From Narcine bancroftii (taxonomy: Eukaryota): 64,000 bases of DNA. Numbering within the stretch: the first letter of the stretch is position 1; each line of letters begins with the position of its first letter. The stretch lies in NCBI RefSeq assembly GCF_036971445.1, contig NC_091469.1, forward strand, positions 289,602,001-289,666,000. Reading direction: 5' to 3'. Below the pieces are notes generated by a model. It was not told the DNA's origin. It searched no databases and was given only the letters and a program-made list of their open reading frames with translations. Made by a program: the position numbers and the translations under genes. Below, piece by piece: positions 36,774 to 49,799 of the stretch.

Positions 36774-37966
36774 TCTTTTTTTTGGCTTGGCTTCGCGGAC
36801 GAAGATTTACGGAGGGGGTAAATGTCCACGTCAGCTGCAGGCTCGTTTGTGGCTGACAAGTCCGATGCGGGACAGGCAGACACGGTTGCAGCGGCTGCAG
36901 GGGAAAATTGGTTGGTTGGGGTTGGGTGTTGGGTTTTTCCTCCTTTGCCTTTTGTCAGTGAGGTGGGCTCTGCGGTCTTCTTCAAAGGAGGTTGCTGCCC
37001 GCCAAACTGTGAGGCGCCAAGATGCACAGTTTGAGGCGATATCACCCACTGGCGGTGGTCAATGTGGCAGGCACCAAGAGATTTCTTTAGGCAGTCCTTG
37101 TACCTTTTCTTTGGTGCACCTCTGTCACGGTGGCCAGTGGAGAGCTCGCCATATAACACGATCTTGGGAAGGCGATGGTCCTCCATTCTGGAGACGTGAC
37201 CCACCCAGCGCAGCTGGATCTTCAGCAGCGTGGACTCGATGCTGTCGACCTCTGCCATCTCGAGTACTTCGACGTTAGGGATGAAAGCGCTCCAATGAAT
37301 GTTGAGGATGGTGCGGAGACAGCGCTGGTGGAAGCGTTCTAGGAGCCGTAGGTGATGCCGGTAGAGGACCCATGATTCGGAGCCGAACAGGAGTGTGGGT
37401 ATGACAATGGCTCTGTATACGCTTATCTTTGTGAGGTTTTTCAGTTGGTTGTTTTTCCAGACTCTTTTGTGTAGTCTTCCAAAGGCGCTATTTGCCTTGG
37501 CGAGTCTGTTGTCTATCTCGTTGTCGATCCTTGCATCTGATGAAATGGTGCAGCCGAGATAGGTAAACTGGTTGACCGTTTTGAGTTTTGTGTGCCCGAT
37601 GGAGATGTGGGGGGGCTGATAGTCATGGTGGGGAGCTGGCTGATGGAGGACCTCAGTTTTCTTCAGGCTGACTTCCAGGCCAAACATTTTGGCAGTTTCC
37701 GCAAAACAGGACATCAAGCGCTGAAGAGCTGGCTCTGAATGGGCAACTAAAGCGGCATCGTCTGCAAAGTTTAGTTCACGGACAAGTTTCTCTTGTGTCT
37801 TGGTGTGAGCTTGCAGGCGCCTCAGATTGAAGAGACTGCCATCCGTGCGGTACCGGACGTAAACAGCGTCTTCATTGTTGAGGTCTTTCATGGCTTGGTT
37901 CAGCATCATGCTGAAGAAGATTGAAAAGAGGATTGGTGCGAGAACACAGCCTTGCTTCACGCCATT
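36774..37966 (-). mobile_element. 5'-truncated RTE LINE (RT C-terminal half) with one frameshift
   Basis: GVKQGCVLAP, FADDAAL, YLGCTIS, QLRWVGHV; the C-terminal Zn finger CSRCNRVCLSRIGLVSH is in the shifted frame; gccaagccaaaa tail. Confidence 0.96.
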
Positions 37967-38035
37967 CAAGAGTCTGATAACAACAGGAAAGAAACTGTTC
38001 CTAAATCTGGAGGTTCGTGGTTTCATGTTCTTGTA

Positions 38036-38262
38036 CAATTGGTGTAGCGGTTAACGCAATGCCAGCGAACGAGACCAGGGTTCAAATTCCGCACTGTCTG
38101 TAAGGAGTTTGTCTGCCTGGGATTTCCCCAGGGGCTCTGGTTTCCTCCCACCATTTGAAACGCATCGGGGAGGGGGTGTAGGTTAATGGGGTGTAAATTG
38201 GGCAGCATGGGCTCATCGGACAAAATGGCCTGTTACAGTGCTGTAGGCCTAAATTAAAATTA
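38036..38262 (+). mobile_element. V-SINE/HE1-like SINE
   Basis: tggtgtagcggttaacgc A box, ggttcaaattcc B box, V-domain, (aaatt)n-like tail. Confidence 0.8.
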
Positions 38263-38639
38263 GTACCTTCTGCCCGTGGAGAGCAGAGTGACCAGGAAGG
38301 GATGGGTCTTTTCGTTTGTCGATGCAGGGAAACGTGTCCTCAGTTGCGTGTGCTAACTGCAGTTTATACTCTGCTTCCAAATTTGGTCTCCAGTGGCTTA
38401 CATTTAATGATAGATATCTGAAATTAAAATGGAAACGTCATGGGGTCACATCGGTGGAGAAGATCCTTCCACCTAACTGTTCGATTTTATTTTAATCACC
38501 TTACTTGGTTCCTTGGATCATTCTCTCTACTTTGCATCCTGTTTTTGAGTAATTAATCTGAAATCGCTGGAATTTCCAGTCCAATCTGGGTCAATGGCCC
38601 TGGTGCTGTGTTTGCTCCACTCCCCAAACTCCGGCATGG

Positions 38640-39485
38640 GGTCATTGTGACATCCACATCGTCCCAGCACCTGACACATCTTTTCCTCTCCGCTTTCTAC
38701 AGGGACCGCTCCCTCTGTGACTCCCTTGTCCACTGCTCCCTCTGTGACTCCCTTGTCCACTCCTCCCTCCCCACCAATCGCCACCTTGGGACTTAACCCC
38801 TGTGGCCGTAGGAGATGCTTCACTTCTGACCACACCGTCTCCTTCACCGCCATTTGGGGCCCCAAGCAGTTCTTTCAAGTGAAGCAACATTTCACTTGTG
38901 AATCTGCGTGTGTCATCTCGTGCTCCCATTGTGGTCTCCTCTACTTCGGAGAGACTGGATGCAGACTGGGAGATCACCTCGTTGAGCCCCTCAGCTCTGT
39001 CCTCTGCAGTAGCGTGGATTTCCCAGTGTCTGCCCATTTCAATTCCTCACCCCATTTCCTTGCCGACATGTCTTTCCATGACCTCATTCGCTGCCAGACT
39101 GAGACTACCTGCAAAGTGGAGAAAAAAACTCATCTTCTGTCTAGACATCCTCCAACCATTAACATCGACTTCTGCAGTTTCCGTTACTCCCCCCTCCCCG
39201 TCTCTCTCTTTCCCCTATCCCTCTCCTTTCCTCTAGCTCTTCATTCACAGTAATTCCAATCAATTCTCAGCTTTTCTCTCCTACCCTCCTGTCCACATCC
39301 ATCAATGACCTCTTGTCTGTTGGCCTCTGCTCCTCCTCTTGTCCCTTCATCCCCCCTCCCCCTGCCTGTTTATTCAGGCACCTGCCTACTTTTTGCTCGT
39401 ACATTGATGAAGGGCTCAGGCCTGAAACATCGGTTATATACCTCCTGAGTACGCTGTGAAACCTGCTAAATTCCTCTAGCATCTC
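38640..39485 (+). mobile_element. Penelope-like 3' fragment with terminal repeat
   Basis: CGRRRCFT...QHFTCESACVISCSHCGLLYFGETGCRLGDHLVE in ORF 38717-39253. Confidence 0.9.
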
Positions 39486-39556
39486 TCACAGAGTCAGCAG
39501 GCATTCTTGTTCTGTGACCACAGTGATAGATGGTTTGTCTAAGGAATGGTTTAAGA

Positions 39557-39670
39557 CAGTGGTTCTCAACCTTTTCCCATTTTCCATCCTATGCCATAGG
39601 TGCTCTGTGGTTAGTAAGGAATTACTTAAGGTGGTATGTGGGTAGAAAGAAAAAATGTTGAGAAGCACTG
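39557..39670. mobile_element. hAT MITE, single module, with 8-bp TSD
   Basis: TIRs cagtggttctcaac and gttgagaagcactg; perfect TSD gtttaaga at 39549-39556 and 39671-39678. Confidence 0.9.
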
Positions 39671-39814
39671 GTTTAAGAAGTCATAGAGTAGTGAAACAGG
39701 CCCTTCAGCCCCACTCTCCCATGCCTAGCCAGGTTTCATTTACTTGTCGTTGGTTTGTATCTCTCCAAACCTTCCCTATCAATGTCTTTTAAACATTCCC
39801 AACAAACATTCTCT

Positions 39815-40485
39815 TTGGACACTGTGAAGAGGGAGCACAGGAGATTTCCCAGGATGTTGCCTGGATTGGAGAACACATCTTATGAAGCAAGGCTTACAAA
39901 GCTGGGGCTTTTCTCTTTGGAGCGACTAAGGATGAGAGGCGACTTAATAGAGATGCAATAGATTATGTGAAGCCTAGTTAAGGTGGACAGCCAGGGCAAG
40001 AGTAGCAAACACCACAGGATGAAGGAAGGAAAATTTATGAGTTATGGGTGCCTGGGATGCATTGCTGGGGGTGGGGGTAGAGGCTGGAACAATAGAGAGA
40101 TTTAAGAGAAATGTTAGGGAGAGGGCAGCACAGTTGCCATAGTGCTTAGCGCCATGCCTTGACAGCACCAACGGTCGGGACCGGGCTTCGAATCCTGCGC
40201 TGTCTGTAAGGAGTTTGTACGTTCTCCCTGTGTCTCCTTGGGCTTCCTCCTACTGTTTAAAATGTACCGGTGGCATAGGTCAATGGGGTATAAATTGTGC
40301 GGCATAGATTCGTGGGCTGAACTGGCCTTTTACCGCGCTGTATGTCTAAATTTGGACAAATGGATGCAAGAAAAATAGAGGTCATGGTGTGAGGTCAGGA
40401 AGGTTGAGATTGATGTGTTCATTTACATTGGTCAGCACAACATCATGGGCTGAAGGGCCTGTACTCTGCTGTAATGTTCTCTATA
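39815..40485 (+). mobile_element. CR1 3' fragment with a nested V-SINE (about 40120-40352)
   Basis: RRFPRMLPGL...RMRGDLIE; SINE head gggcagcacagttgccatagtgcttagc. Confidence 0.8.
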
Positions 40486-41159
40486 TGCTCTGACATTGTT
40501 GCTTGTTGCAGTTGAACAGGTACGTCATTTTTTAAAAAAATAAAACTACAATGGTATGCATTGTATTACATTAAAAAGAGAAAATGAAATAAGAGATAAT
40601 ATGCTCTATGTTTATTGGGAAGAGTTGGCTTGGCCAGTTTCCTCTGTCCTTTAAGAGAACTATTTGCTGAGTGAATAGATTGTAATTGTTGTACGGCACA
40701 CAGCTGAGATTCATCTCGCCAATCTTTACTGTTAACCCTTCTCGGTGCGAAGCGGGAGAGGCAGGAGGGGTGAAAACACCAGCACAGACTCCAGCCTTTT
40801 CTGCGCTGAGGCAGGTTTGTCACGAGCCTGCCCTTGGCAGAGGGTTTCTGCTGGGTTTCACTGCCGGCTTCTACCACAGGCGAGGTGCATCCTGTCAGGC
40901 TTTGGCTGGTATTGAGCCGGTTTTGGCCCTACATTGCTAGATGTGCTTAGATTTCCCTACTTCAAAAAGCAGTTACAAGTTAATGGGCGTTGTCTAGTGA
41001 AATTGGTAAAACAGCCACTGCCCTCCCCTTCCTGGTGTGAAGTTCACCTTGCTTTGGGTGGCTTATGTGGCTTCACTTTCAGAATAATCATAATAGGGTC
41101 GTTACAACAACCAAAGGGTGCCATTTGGCCCATCAAGTCTGTGCTACCCCTTCTGCTCA

Positions 41160-42345
41160 GCAAAACCATAAATCTGCAAATGTTGGGATGTAGTGCAGCA
41201 CACATATATGCTGGAGAAACTCCGCAGGTCTCGAGGCATCCTGAGGGCATAAAAAGCAGTCGAGGCATTGGGTCTGAGGGTTGAAAATCAGGCAGAAGCC
41301 CCAATAAGAAGGTAAGGGGGGGGTTGGAAAGGGCAAAGGAACACAGACGGGTGGGTGATGGGTGAATACAGGTGGGGGAGGGGGGAAAGGTGCGGAGAGT
41401 GGAAGGGCAGTGGGCTGAGGAAGAAGTTGGGAAGCCGGAGTTAGAGGGATGAGGGAAGGAAAGAGACGAGGAGGGGGTTAGTGGGAACTGGTGAAGTTGA
41501 TATTCATGCTGTCTGGATGGAGGCTGCCAAGATGGAATATAATATTTTGTTACTCCAGGTTATATGTGGCCTCAACTTGAAGCTATGGGCAGGCACGCTG
41601 GCATGGGAGTTGGGGAGGGAACTGAAATGGTAGCCACTGGGAGATCCCTGTTATTGCAGCAGACAGAGCGAAGGCACTCAATGGAGTGATCACCCAGTCT
41701 CTCCGACATGGAGGAAGCTGCATCGGGACCACTGGATACAGTGGACGGCCCATGAAAATTGGCAGGTGAAGTCTTGCCCCGAATAGTGGTGAGAGAAGAG
41801 GGGTACTGAGGGGGTGATTGGATGGAAGGGACGACTGGATGAAGGAGATCCAGCGGGTCCCTACAGAGAATGGAGACAGTAGGGGAGTGGAAGATGTCTA
41901 GCGATGGGATCAAGTTTTAAGTGGCAGAATTTGTGGAGGGTGAAATGTGGACTGCAGAGGCTGCTGGGGTGGTAGGTGGGAATCCTGTCTTTGCTGTGTC
42001 TGGGGCAGAGGGGGCCAGGGCAAATGCGTTGGAGATAGAGGAGATGCATGTAAGAGCTGAGTTGATGGAAATACAGGGAAACAACTTTTTTTTGAAGGGG
42101 GATATCTCGGATGATCTGAAGTGAAAGACCTCATTCAGGGAGCAGATATAAAGGGGACAGAGGAAATTAGATAATGGATAGAAGAGACACGGTGTGAAGA
42201 GGTGTAGTCTAGGCAACTGTGGGGGTTAGTGGATTTGTAGATGTCTAGAAAGTTCATCTCCCGAGATGGAAACAGAGATTGAAAAAGGGGCGAGAGCAAA
42301 GATGGACCAAGTGAAGTTGGGTCAGGGTGGAAGTTTCCCACTCTT
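41160..42345 (-). mobile_element. Longest Penelope-like remnant (RT C-terminus, linker, endonuclease, terminal repeat)
   Basis: NFLDIYKSTNPHSCLDYTSSH (PLE RT C-terminal motif), SKDRIPTYHP linker, ERLGDHSIECLRSV. Confidence 0.85.
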
Positions 42346-42609
42346 TCTCTGAACTCCTTGTTCTCGAAAGTCCCTCTCCAGTTCCACTTTAAGTCCTCAC
42401 TGTATCTGCCCGAAACACCCCCACGGGCAGTTTACAACTGCTTGCAGTTCCAATACTAAATCCCCCTGCTTCCCCTCCCATGTGAGAAACAGGAGCAGCA
42501 CAGGGTCATTGTGAATTGTTACTTCATTGCAACGTGCTCTGGGTAAAAATGAAAAGCTTTGTTTTGTGTGCCATCCATGCAAGTCAACCCATACTTTAGT
42601 ACAGCAGGA

Positions 42610-42886
42610 GTAAAACATGAAAGTCTGCAGACTCCGTGGTTGAAGCAAAAACACGACTCTGGAGAAACTCAGCAGGTCAAACAGTGTCCTTTATAGAGCA
42701 AAGATAAAGATGCAAAACCAACATTTCAGGCTTGAACTCTTCATCAAAGTATGGACAAGATTTAGGCAGTGCACGAACAAAATCTTGATGAAGTTCTCAA
42801 GCCCTAAACATTGGTTCTATATCTTTATCTTTGCTCTATAAAGTGCACTGTTGGACCTGCGGAATTTCTCCAGCGTTGTGTTTTTA
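42610..42886. mobile_element. Inverted pair of Penelope terminal repeats
   Basis: About 100-bp arms (42647-42747 and 42785-42886), bracketed by the direct repeat actttagtaca. Confidence 0.8.
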
Positions 42887-43337
42887 CTTTAGTACAACTA
42901 AGATTGTAAGATGTGGTGTTGCCGTCACCCACCATTCTTCTAGGTCATGACTGTTCTGTACCACCTTCATATTCTTGGATTCCCTCATCCATCACTGTGT
43001 TTTGAATAAATTCAGGCATTGAACCTTGATTATTCTGCGGGAAGAGATTTCCAAAGATTAGCCACCTTGATCAACATCTCCCATTGTCTCACCCTTTGAC
43101 TTAACACACTGACCGCAAGCTCTTATGTTCCTCAGCCAGGGTGAGCCTCCTCCCTGCATCAAGCTCTCCAGCCTTCTAAGAAATGTTTAATTTTCACTTA
43201 GACAGTCTCGCAGCAGGCCGTTCGTCCCAACTCGTCTATTCTATCCTGGTCTAGTCCCATTTGCCTGCATTTGGTCTATATCCTTCTAACCCCTTCCTTT
43301 TCATATCATCTGTCCAAAAGTCTTTGAAGCATAATGA

Positions 43338-43585
43338 GTGGCACAGTTAGCGTGATTTGTTACAGCACCAGTGACCAGGGTTCGAATCCCACGCTGTCTG
43401 TAATGAGTTTGTAAGTTCTCCTCGTGTCTGCATGGGTTTCCTCCGAGTGCTCCAGTTTACTCCCACCCTTCAAAGAAATAGTACCTGGGGTCGTAGGCCA
43501 TTTGGGTGTAATTGGGTGGCACAGGCTCATTACCGAAGGGCCTGTAACTGTACATCTAAATATTTTTCAAATTAATTTTTAAAAA
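43338..43585 (+). mobile_element. V-SINE/HE1-like SINE
   Basis: ggttcgaatccc B box and V-domain. Confidence 0.8.
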
Positions 43586-44584
43586 TTTTAAATTTAGACG
43601 TACAGCACGGTAACAGGCCCACCTCGCTTAACGTGATTTTTCTGTGTAGTTGGTAAGAATAGAAGAAACCAAAACTTGAGTGCTTCATAGGGAAGGGGGC
43701 CCATAAACTTTGAGCGGGGTCTGGGGGTGGGGGGAGGGGGTCATCGCCAATAAAAGGTTGAGAATAGCTGTTCTGAAGTATATTCCTAGTCTTTACAGAG
43801 CCAGTGATTTCTGGATGTCCTGACTCTTTGAAAACATTTTTTTCCTTTTCAGCTTCATTTCATTCCTCCTCCTGGTCTGTCGTTTCCTTTTGCTTATCTT
43901 CCCGCTCTTTCTTTTATCCAAGTAAAAGCAGTTTTCCTCTCTCTCTGTCCTGGGGATTGGTGGGAGTGTGCGGCTCTGTGTTTGGAGGGCAGGGTTTCAC
44001 TGGTTATTGGCCCGCTATCTCTGAGCTCCATGCAGCTGTACTTTGAAAAGGAAGAGTTGAACTCAGCCACCACATCAGTCAAGTACAGGGCTGAGTTACA
44101 AGGGGAGTCCACAGAGCCCTGGAAGGGTCAATCGTACACCCCTCGGCAGGCTTCGGGGGAGACATCCAAGAGCTGAAGGTAACTGGGCAATGCTGAATGA
44201 ATCTGCAGGCTTCAGCTTGTGGGAAAACTCCTGATGAATATTGGTGCAGAGGGCAGCAAATCCACAACGCTGGGTTTTGCTGTGTCCCTGCTCCTCACAA
44301 GCCGGCTATCAAAATGTAAAATACCAGCTGCAATTGGCTGGCTGGACTATATGTTGGGGGTGTGGGCACAGGAGGTAACTTCCTGCAGTCAAAGAGCGCA
44401 GATGTGTGTGTAGCTTTTCAAGAGAAATTCTGGACTTTAGTTTTGGGTAAATGGGCTCTGTGCTTGCACAAAAGTAAGGAATATCCAGAACAAATGCAAG
44501 CTGGTGCCCAGGTAGAAATGAGTGAATTTAGACACAAGGACTCAATCTTTTTAAGGGCAGGATTGGGCTCCTGTTTATTGGGTC

Positions 44585-44991
44585 TGGGTCTGGGTGTGCC
44601 TGGGTCTGGGTGTGCCTGGGTCTGGGTGTGCCTGGGTCTGGGTGTGCCTGGGTCTGGGTGTGCCTGGGTCTGGGTGTGCCTGGGTCTGGGTGTGCCTGGG
44701 TCTGGGTGTGCCTGGGTCTGGGTGTGCCTGGGTCTGGGTGTGCCTGGGTCTGGGTGTGCCTGGGTCTGGGTGTGCCTGGGTCTGGGTGTGCCTGGGTCTG
44801 GGTGTGCCTGGGTCTGGGTGTGCCTGGGTCTGGGTGTGCCTGGGTCTGGGTGTGCCTGGGTCTGGGTGTGCCTGGGTCTGGGTGTGCCTGGGTCTGGGTG
44901 TGCCTGGGTCTGGGTGTGCCTGGGTCTGGGTGTGCCTGGGTCTGGGTGTGCCTGGGTCTGGGTGTGCCTGGGTCTGGGTGTGCCTGGGTCT
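44585..44991. repeat. 16-bp G-rich minisatellite (tgggtctgggtgtgcc), about 25 copies
   Basis: Directly visible, essentially perfect tandem array. Confidence 0.98.
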
Positions 44992-45984
44992 GCGTGCGTG
45001 TGGGTCTGCACACGTGAGTGAGTGCACGTGCACTGGTGAAACAGTGTCAATTTGGGGGTCAGTGAGTGGACAAAATTTGATAAGTTGAGATATCCCAGAA
45101 GGTTCACCAGCAGTATGCCCTCTGTGTGAAGAAAGTGTCCTTCAGGCCCCCTTTAAAACTTTCCCCTCTCACCTTAAACCTTTAACTTCCAGTTTTAAAC
45201 TTCCCTTCATTTGGATAAGGAGGGTAAGACTGTACTTGGAATGAGGTCCCAGTAGAAACTAGGTACCTATTGTTCAAGAGACGGAGATTTAGGTAGGAAG
45301 TGCTTGGGACCAAACACAGACAAATGGGACTAGCCCAGAATGGCAACTTGGTTGGCATATGCAAGTTGGGCCAAAGGGCTTGTTTTGTGCTTCATGACTC
45401 TGTGGCCAAGCGTGCTATATCTTTCTGCTTGGAGGGGCATCTGCCAAGTGTGGGAGCACTGATGCGCAGCTGGACAGGCTAACTGTTGACTCCCTCAGAG
45501 GCTGGGGAGATTGCCTTCCCCCTGCCCCCCCCCCCCATTCTGGGTCTGGTGGTGAGACGTGGGTTTGAAGTGACCTGCCTCAGTCCAGGTGCCCCTCCCA
45601 GCAACACAGACAGCTTTCCATGGTCGACAGCTGTGTGCCTGTCAGAGGCGGGCAGAGCTATCCCTCTCGGCACGGGCAATGAACAACACTGCTGTTGTGC
45701 TGTGCTGAGCGGAGCAACTCAATCACCCTTCTTGTTGGTGATGGGACAGTGTGTCCATTATTGGGTGGCTGTTGCCTTCCAGATCGACTCTTGGGGAAGT
45801 GACAACTCGAGGAGGAGACGCAGGAACAGGCAGTTTGTCCCCACAGTAAGCTCACATCTGACTTAGTGCTTCTGTGGCACTCTCCTGTAGCCACTCCCTT
45901 TGAAAGTGGCTACTCGAATAGCTCAAGTGATGAAGAAGAGATTGGTGTACTTGCCTTTGTTAGACAGTACATTGAGTAGAAAAG

Positions 45985-46806
45985 TCTTCTTTCTTTGGCT
46001 TGGCTTCGCGGACGAAGATTTATGGCGGGGGTAAATGTCCACGCCAGCTGCAGGCTCGTTTGTGGCTGACAAGTCCGATGAGGGACAGGCAGACACGGTT
46101 GCAGCGGTTGCAGGGGAAAATTGGTTGGTTGGGGTTGGGTGTTGGGTTTTTTCTCCTTTGTCTTTTGTCAGTGAGGTGGGCTCTGCAGTCTTCTTCAAAG
46201 GAGGTTGCTGCCCGCCGAACTGTGAGGCGCCAAGATGCACGGTTTGAGGCGATATCAGCTCACTGGCGGTGGTCAATGTGGCAGGCACCAAGAGATTTCT
46301 TTAGGCAGTCCTTGTACCTCTTCTTTGGTGCACCTCTGTCACGGTGGCCAGTGGAGAGCTCGCCATATAACACGATCTTGGGAAGGCGATGGTCCTCCAT
46401 TCTGAAGACGTGACCCACCCAGCGCAGCTGGATCTTCAGCAGCGTGGACTCGATGCTGTCGGCCTCTGCCATCTTGAGTACTTCGACGTTAGGGATGAAG
46501 GCGCTCCAATGAATGTTGAAGATGGAGCGGAGACAACGCTGGTGGAAGCGTTCTAGGAGCCGTAGGTGATGCCGGTAGAGGACCCATGATTCGGAGCCGA
46601 ACAGGAGTGTGGGTATGACAACGGCTCTGTATATGCTTATCTTTGTGAGGTTTTTCAGTTGGTTGTTTTTCCAGACTCTTTTGTGTAGTCTTCCAAAGGC
46701 GCTATTTGCCTTGGCAAGTCTGTTGTCTATCTCGTTGTCGATCCTTGCATCTGATGAAATGGTGCAGCCGAGATAGGTAAACTGGTTGATCGTTTTGAGT
46801 TTTGTG
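45985..46806 (-). mobile_element. 5'-truncated RTE LINE, same family as 36774-37966
   Basis: Near-identical sequence: KIQLRWVGHVFRMEDHRLPKIVLYGEL; premature TGA at about 46260. Confidence 0.95.
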
Positions 46807-47277
46807 CAGCGATATAAAACTTTGGTGAGGCCACATTTGGAGTACAGGGGAATTCTGGGTGCCCCATGACAGGAAGGATGATAAGCCTTTGGAAAGGGGA
46901 CAGGAAAGGTTCTCCAGGGTGTGGCCTAGTTTTGAAGAGAGGCAAAACTTTGTAGACCCTTTGATTATTAATAAAAATGCAAAGACGCTGGAAGAATTCA
47001 GCCGGTCTCGCAGTGCCTGTAGGAGATAAATATAACCACTATGTCGGGCCTGAGCCCTTCTTCAAGGTAAGAGAGCGCGGGTGATAGGGTTGGACAAACT
47101 GCAGTTGTTTACTCTGGAGCGTCAGAGGCTAGGGGGAGGCCTGTTTGAAGTTTATAAAGTTATGAAAAGCATTGATAGGGAGGACAGCAAACATTTCTTC
47201 TCCAGCACAAGAGAATCGCTCACAAGAGGATGTGCATTTAAGGTAAGGCAAAGGTGGAATTTTAAGCGATATGTCTA

Positions 47278-48418
47278 AAGCTTTTGACAAAGTTCCCCAC
47301 AGGAGGTTAGGTAAAAAGGTAGAGGCATTAGGTATAAATAAGCAAGTAGTGAAATGGATTCAGCAATGGGAGGTGTCAGAGAGTAGTGGTAGAAAATTGT
47401 TTGTCAAATTGGAGACCGGTGACTAGTGGAGTTCCTCAGGGATCGGTCCTGGGTCCACTATTGTTTGTTATATGTATTAACGATCTGGAAGAAGGGGTGG
47501 TGAATTGGATAAGTAAGTTTGCAGATGATACAAAGATTGGTGGTATTGTGGACAGTGAGGAAGATTACTGTAGCTTAAAAAGAGATATAGGAAAGCTTGA
47601 GGAGTGGGCTGAGAAATGGCTGATGGAATTTAATACGGATAAGTGTGAAGTGTTGCATTTTGGAAAGGCAAATCTAAATAGGTCATATGCATTGAATGGT
47701 AGACAATTGAGGAGTGCAGAGCAACAAAGGGATTTAAGAGTTATGGTAAACAGTACCCTCAACGTTGATTCTCAGGTAGATAGTGGTGAAGAAGGCATTT
47801 GGAATGTTGGCCTTCATAAATCTGAGTATTGAATTCAAGAGTTGGGATGTTATGATGAAATTGTACAAAGCATTGGTGAGGCCAAATTTGGAATACTGTG
47901 TGCAGTTTTGGTCACCAAATTATAGGAAGGATATAAACAAAATAGAGAGAGTGCAGAGAAGGTTCACGAGAATGTTAACAGGATGTCAGGGTTTGAGTTA
48001 CAGAGAAAGGTTGAGCAGCCTGGGGCTTTTTTCTCTGGAGCATAGAAGATTGAGGGGGGGATTTGATGGAGGTGTTCAAAATTTTAAAAGGGACAGAGAG
48101 AGTCAACGTGGATAGGCTTTTTCAATTAAGAGTGGGGAATATTCAAACAGGCCATGGTTTGTGATTGAAAGGGGAAAATTATGAGGAGAAATTTCTTCAC
48201 GCAAAGGGTGGTTGGGATATGGAATAAGCTTCCAGCGGAAGTGGTTAAAGCAGGAACATTATTTACATTTAAGGAAAGACTGGATAATTACATGGAGGGG
48301 AGAGGATTGGAAGGGTATGGACCAGGTGCTGGCCAGTGGGACTAGGAGGGTGGGGATTTGTTCCGGCATGGACTAGTTGGGCCAAACTGGCCTGTTCTGT
48401 GCTGTATATGGTTATATG
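47278..48418 (+). mobile_element. CR1 LINE RT and 3' end, frameshifted
   Basis: GVPQGSVLGP, KFADDTK, DKCEVLHFG, LVRPNLEYCVQFWSP. Confidence 0.95.
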
Positions 48419-48819
48419 TGCAGGGAACAGAGAGTAGTGGGTGCCTAGAACTGGCTGCCAGGAAAAGTGGTGAAAGCAAATACAAAAGTAGTTTTTAAGG
48501 GGCTTCTCGATAGACATTTGGTTCTGTGGGAAATGGATATGGATCATGTAAAAACAAGAATCCAGACACTATCTATGCATCACTCTCAGATGCATCACTC
48601 TCAGATACATACACCTCAGACTGGCCCTTTAGCCCATCATTTCTAGGCCCATCAATTCTAGGCTAGATACCAATCCTCTCATATTATTCCCCCCATATTC
48701 CCATCAAACCCATCCCAGATGCTACCACTCACCCACACACTAGGGGCAATCTTCAGGAGGTAATTAACCTCAGTCATACCCACACCATCCAAGGGCGAAT
48801 GGCTTGGGAGGTGTTGTAG

Positions 48820-49215
48820 AGAAGGTTCACGGGTTGATTCCAAAAGTGGAAGGACTGGCATGTGAAGAGAGATTGAACAGCCTGGAACTGTATTCATTGG
48901 AGTTCAGAAGGATGAGTGAAGTGGTGGGGGCTTGGAATCTTTCAGAGATACACAAAATGATGAAAGGAATGGATAAGATGCAAGTGGGGAGGTGGTTTCC
49001 ATTGCTGGTGAGACTAGAACTGGGGGCCGGAACCTCGAGATTCAGGGAACACATTTAGGATGGAGATGAGGAGGAACTGCTTCTCTCAGAGAGTGGTGAA
49101 TTTGTGGAATTCTTTGGTCAAGGAGAATTGGAGGCTGCCTCACTGAACCACAACTTTATTGAATGGTGGAGCTGGTTGGACAGGTCAGATGGCCGACTCC
49201 TGCTCATGTCCTTAT
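48820..49215 (+). mobile_element. CR1 3' fragment
   Basis: EERLNSLELYSLEFRRM; gtggtgaatttgtggaattct. Confidence 0.8.
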
Positions 49216-49799
49216 GAATGTGCAGACCCAACGCAAGCAGCACGTGAGGTGGGGATTAAGCCCAGGTGTCTGCATCTGAGGGGGGGGGGGGGAGGGTGAT
49301 AACAGCTCTGTTAGCTGTAGCCCTCTGCTGCTAACTGAGCATTTCTAAAGCTGAGAGTGACTGCTATTCACTGTGCTGTGGGTGGGATCTTGCCGTGTCC
49401 TTCAATGGCTGCGAAGCCCTGACAACAGCTGGAAATAATTACTATAAGCATGCAGGGAGCGGAAGGAACTTGGTGGATCAGGCGGCATCCACGGCACGCA
49501 ATAGGCAGTCGACGTTTCGGGCCAAAATGTTTCATCAGAAATACCAAGAAATGGGCAGGTGTCTGAATAAAAGGGTGGAAGAGGAGGGAGGAGAATGGGC
49601 TGGCAGGTGGTGGGTGAGTTCAGGTGGAAGGGGGAAGAAATGCTTGGAGGTAGGTGTACTTTGATAGGAGGAAAGAAAAGGGGGTGGAAAGCTGAGGGGA
49701 GGAAGGTGTGGAAACAGGCAGACAGAGAGGGTGGGGATGGGGAAAGAGATGGCAGGGAGAAGAAGAAATGGGGTCTCTCTTGTTAAACATCTTTTGTCT

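Noticed and set aside
36683-38038. 451-aa ORF as a host gene
   Set aside because: Chance fusion of a Rex1-like C-terminal piece (RTSRFRNSFFPVVIRLLN), a truncated RTE RT and a frameshifted tail.
44362-45107. Long repetitive ORFs (CLGLGVPGSGCAWVWV, PRPRHTQTQAHPDPGT)
   Set aside because: Products of a stop-free 16-bp tandem repeat that is open in all frames.
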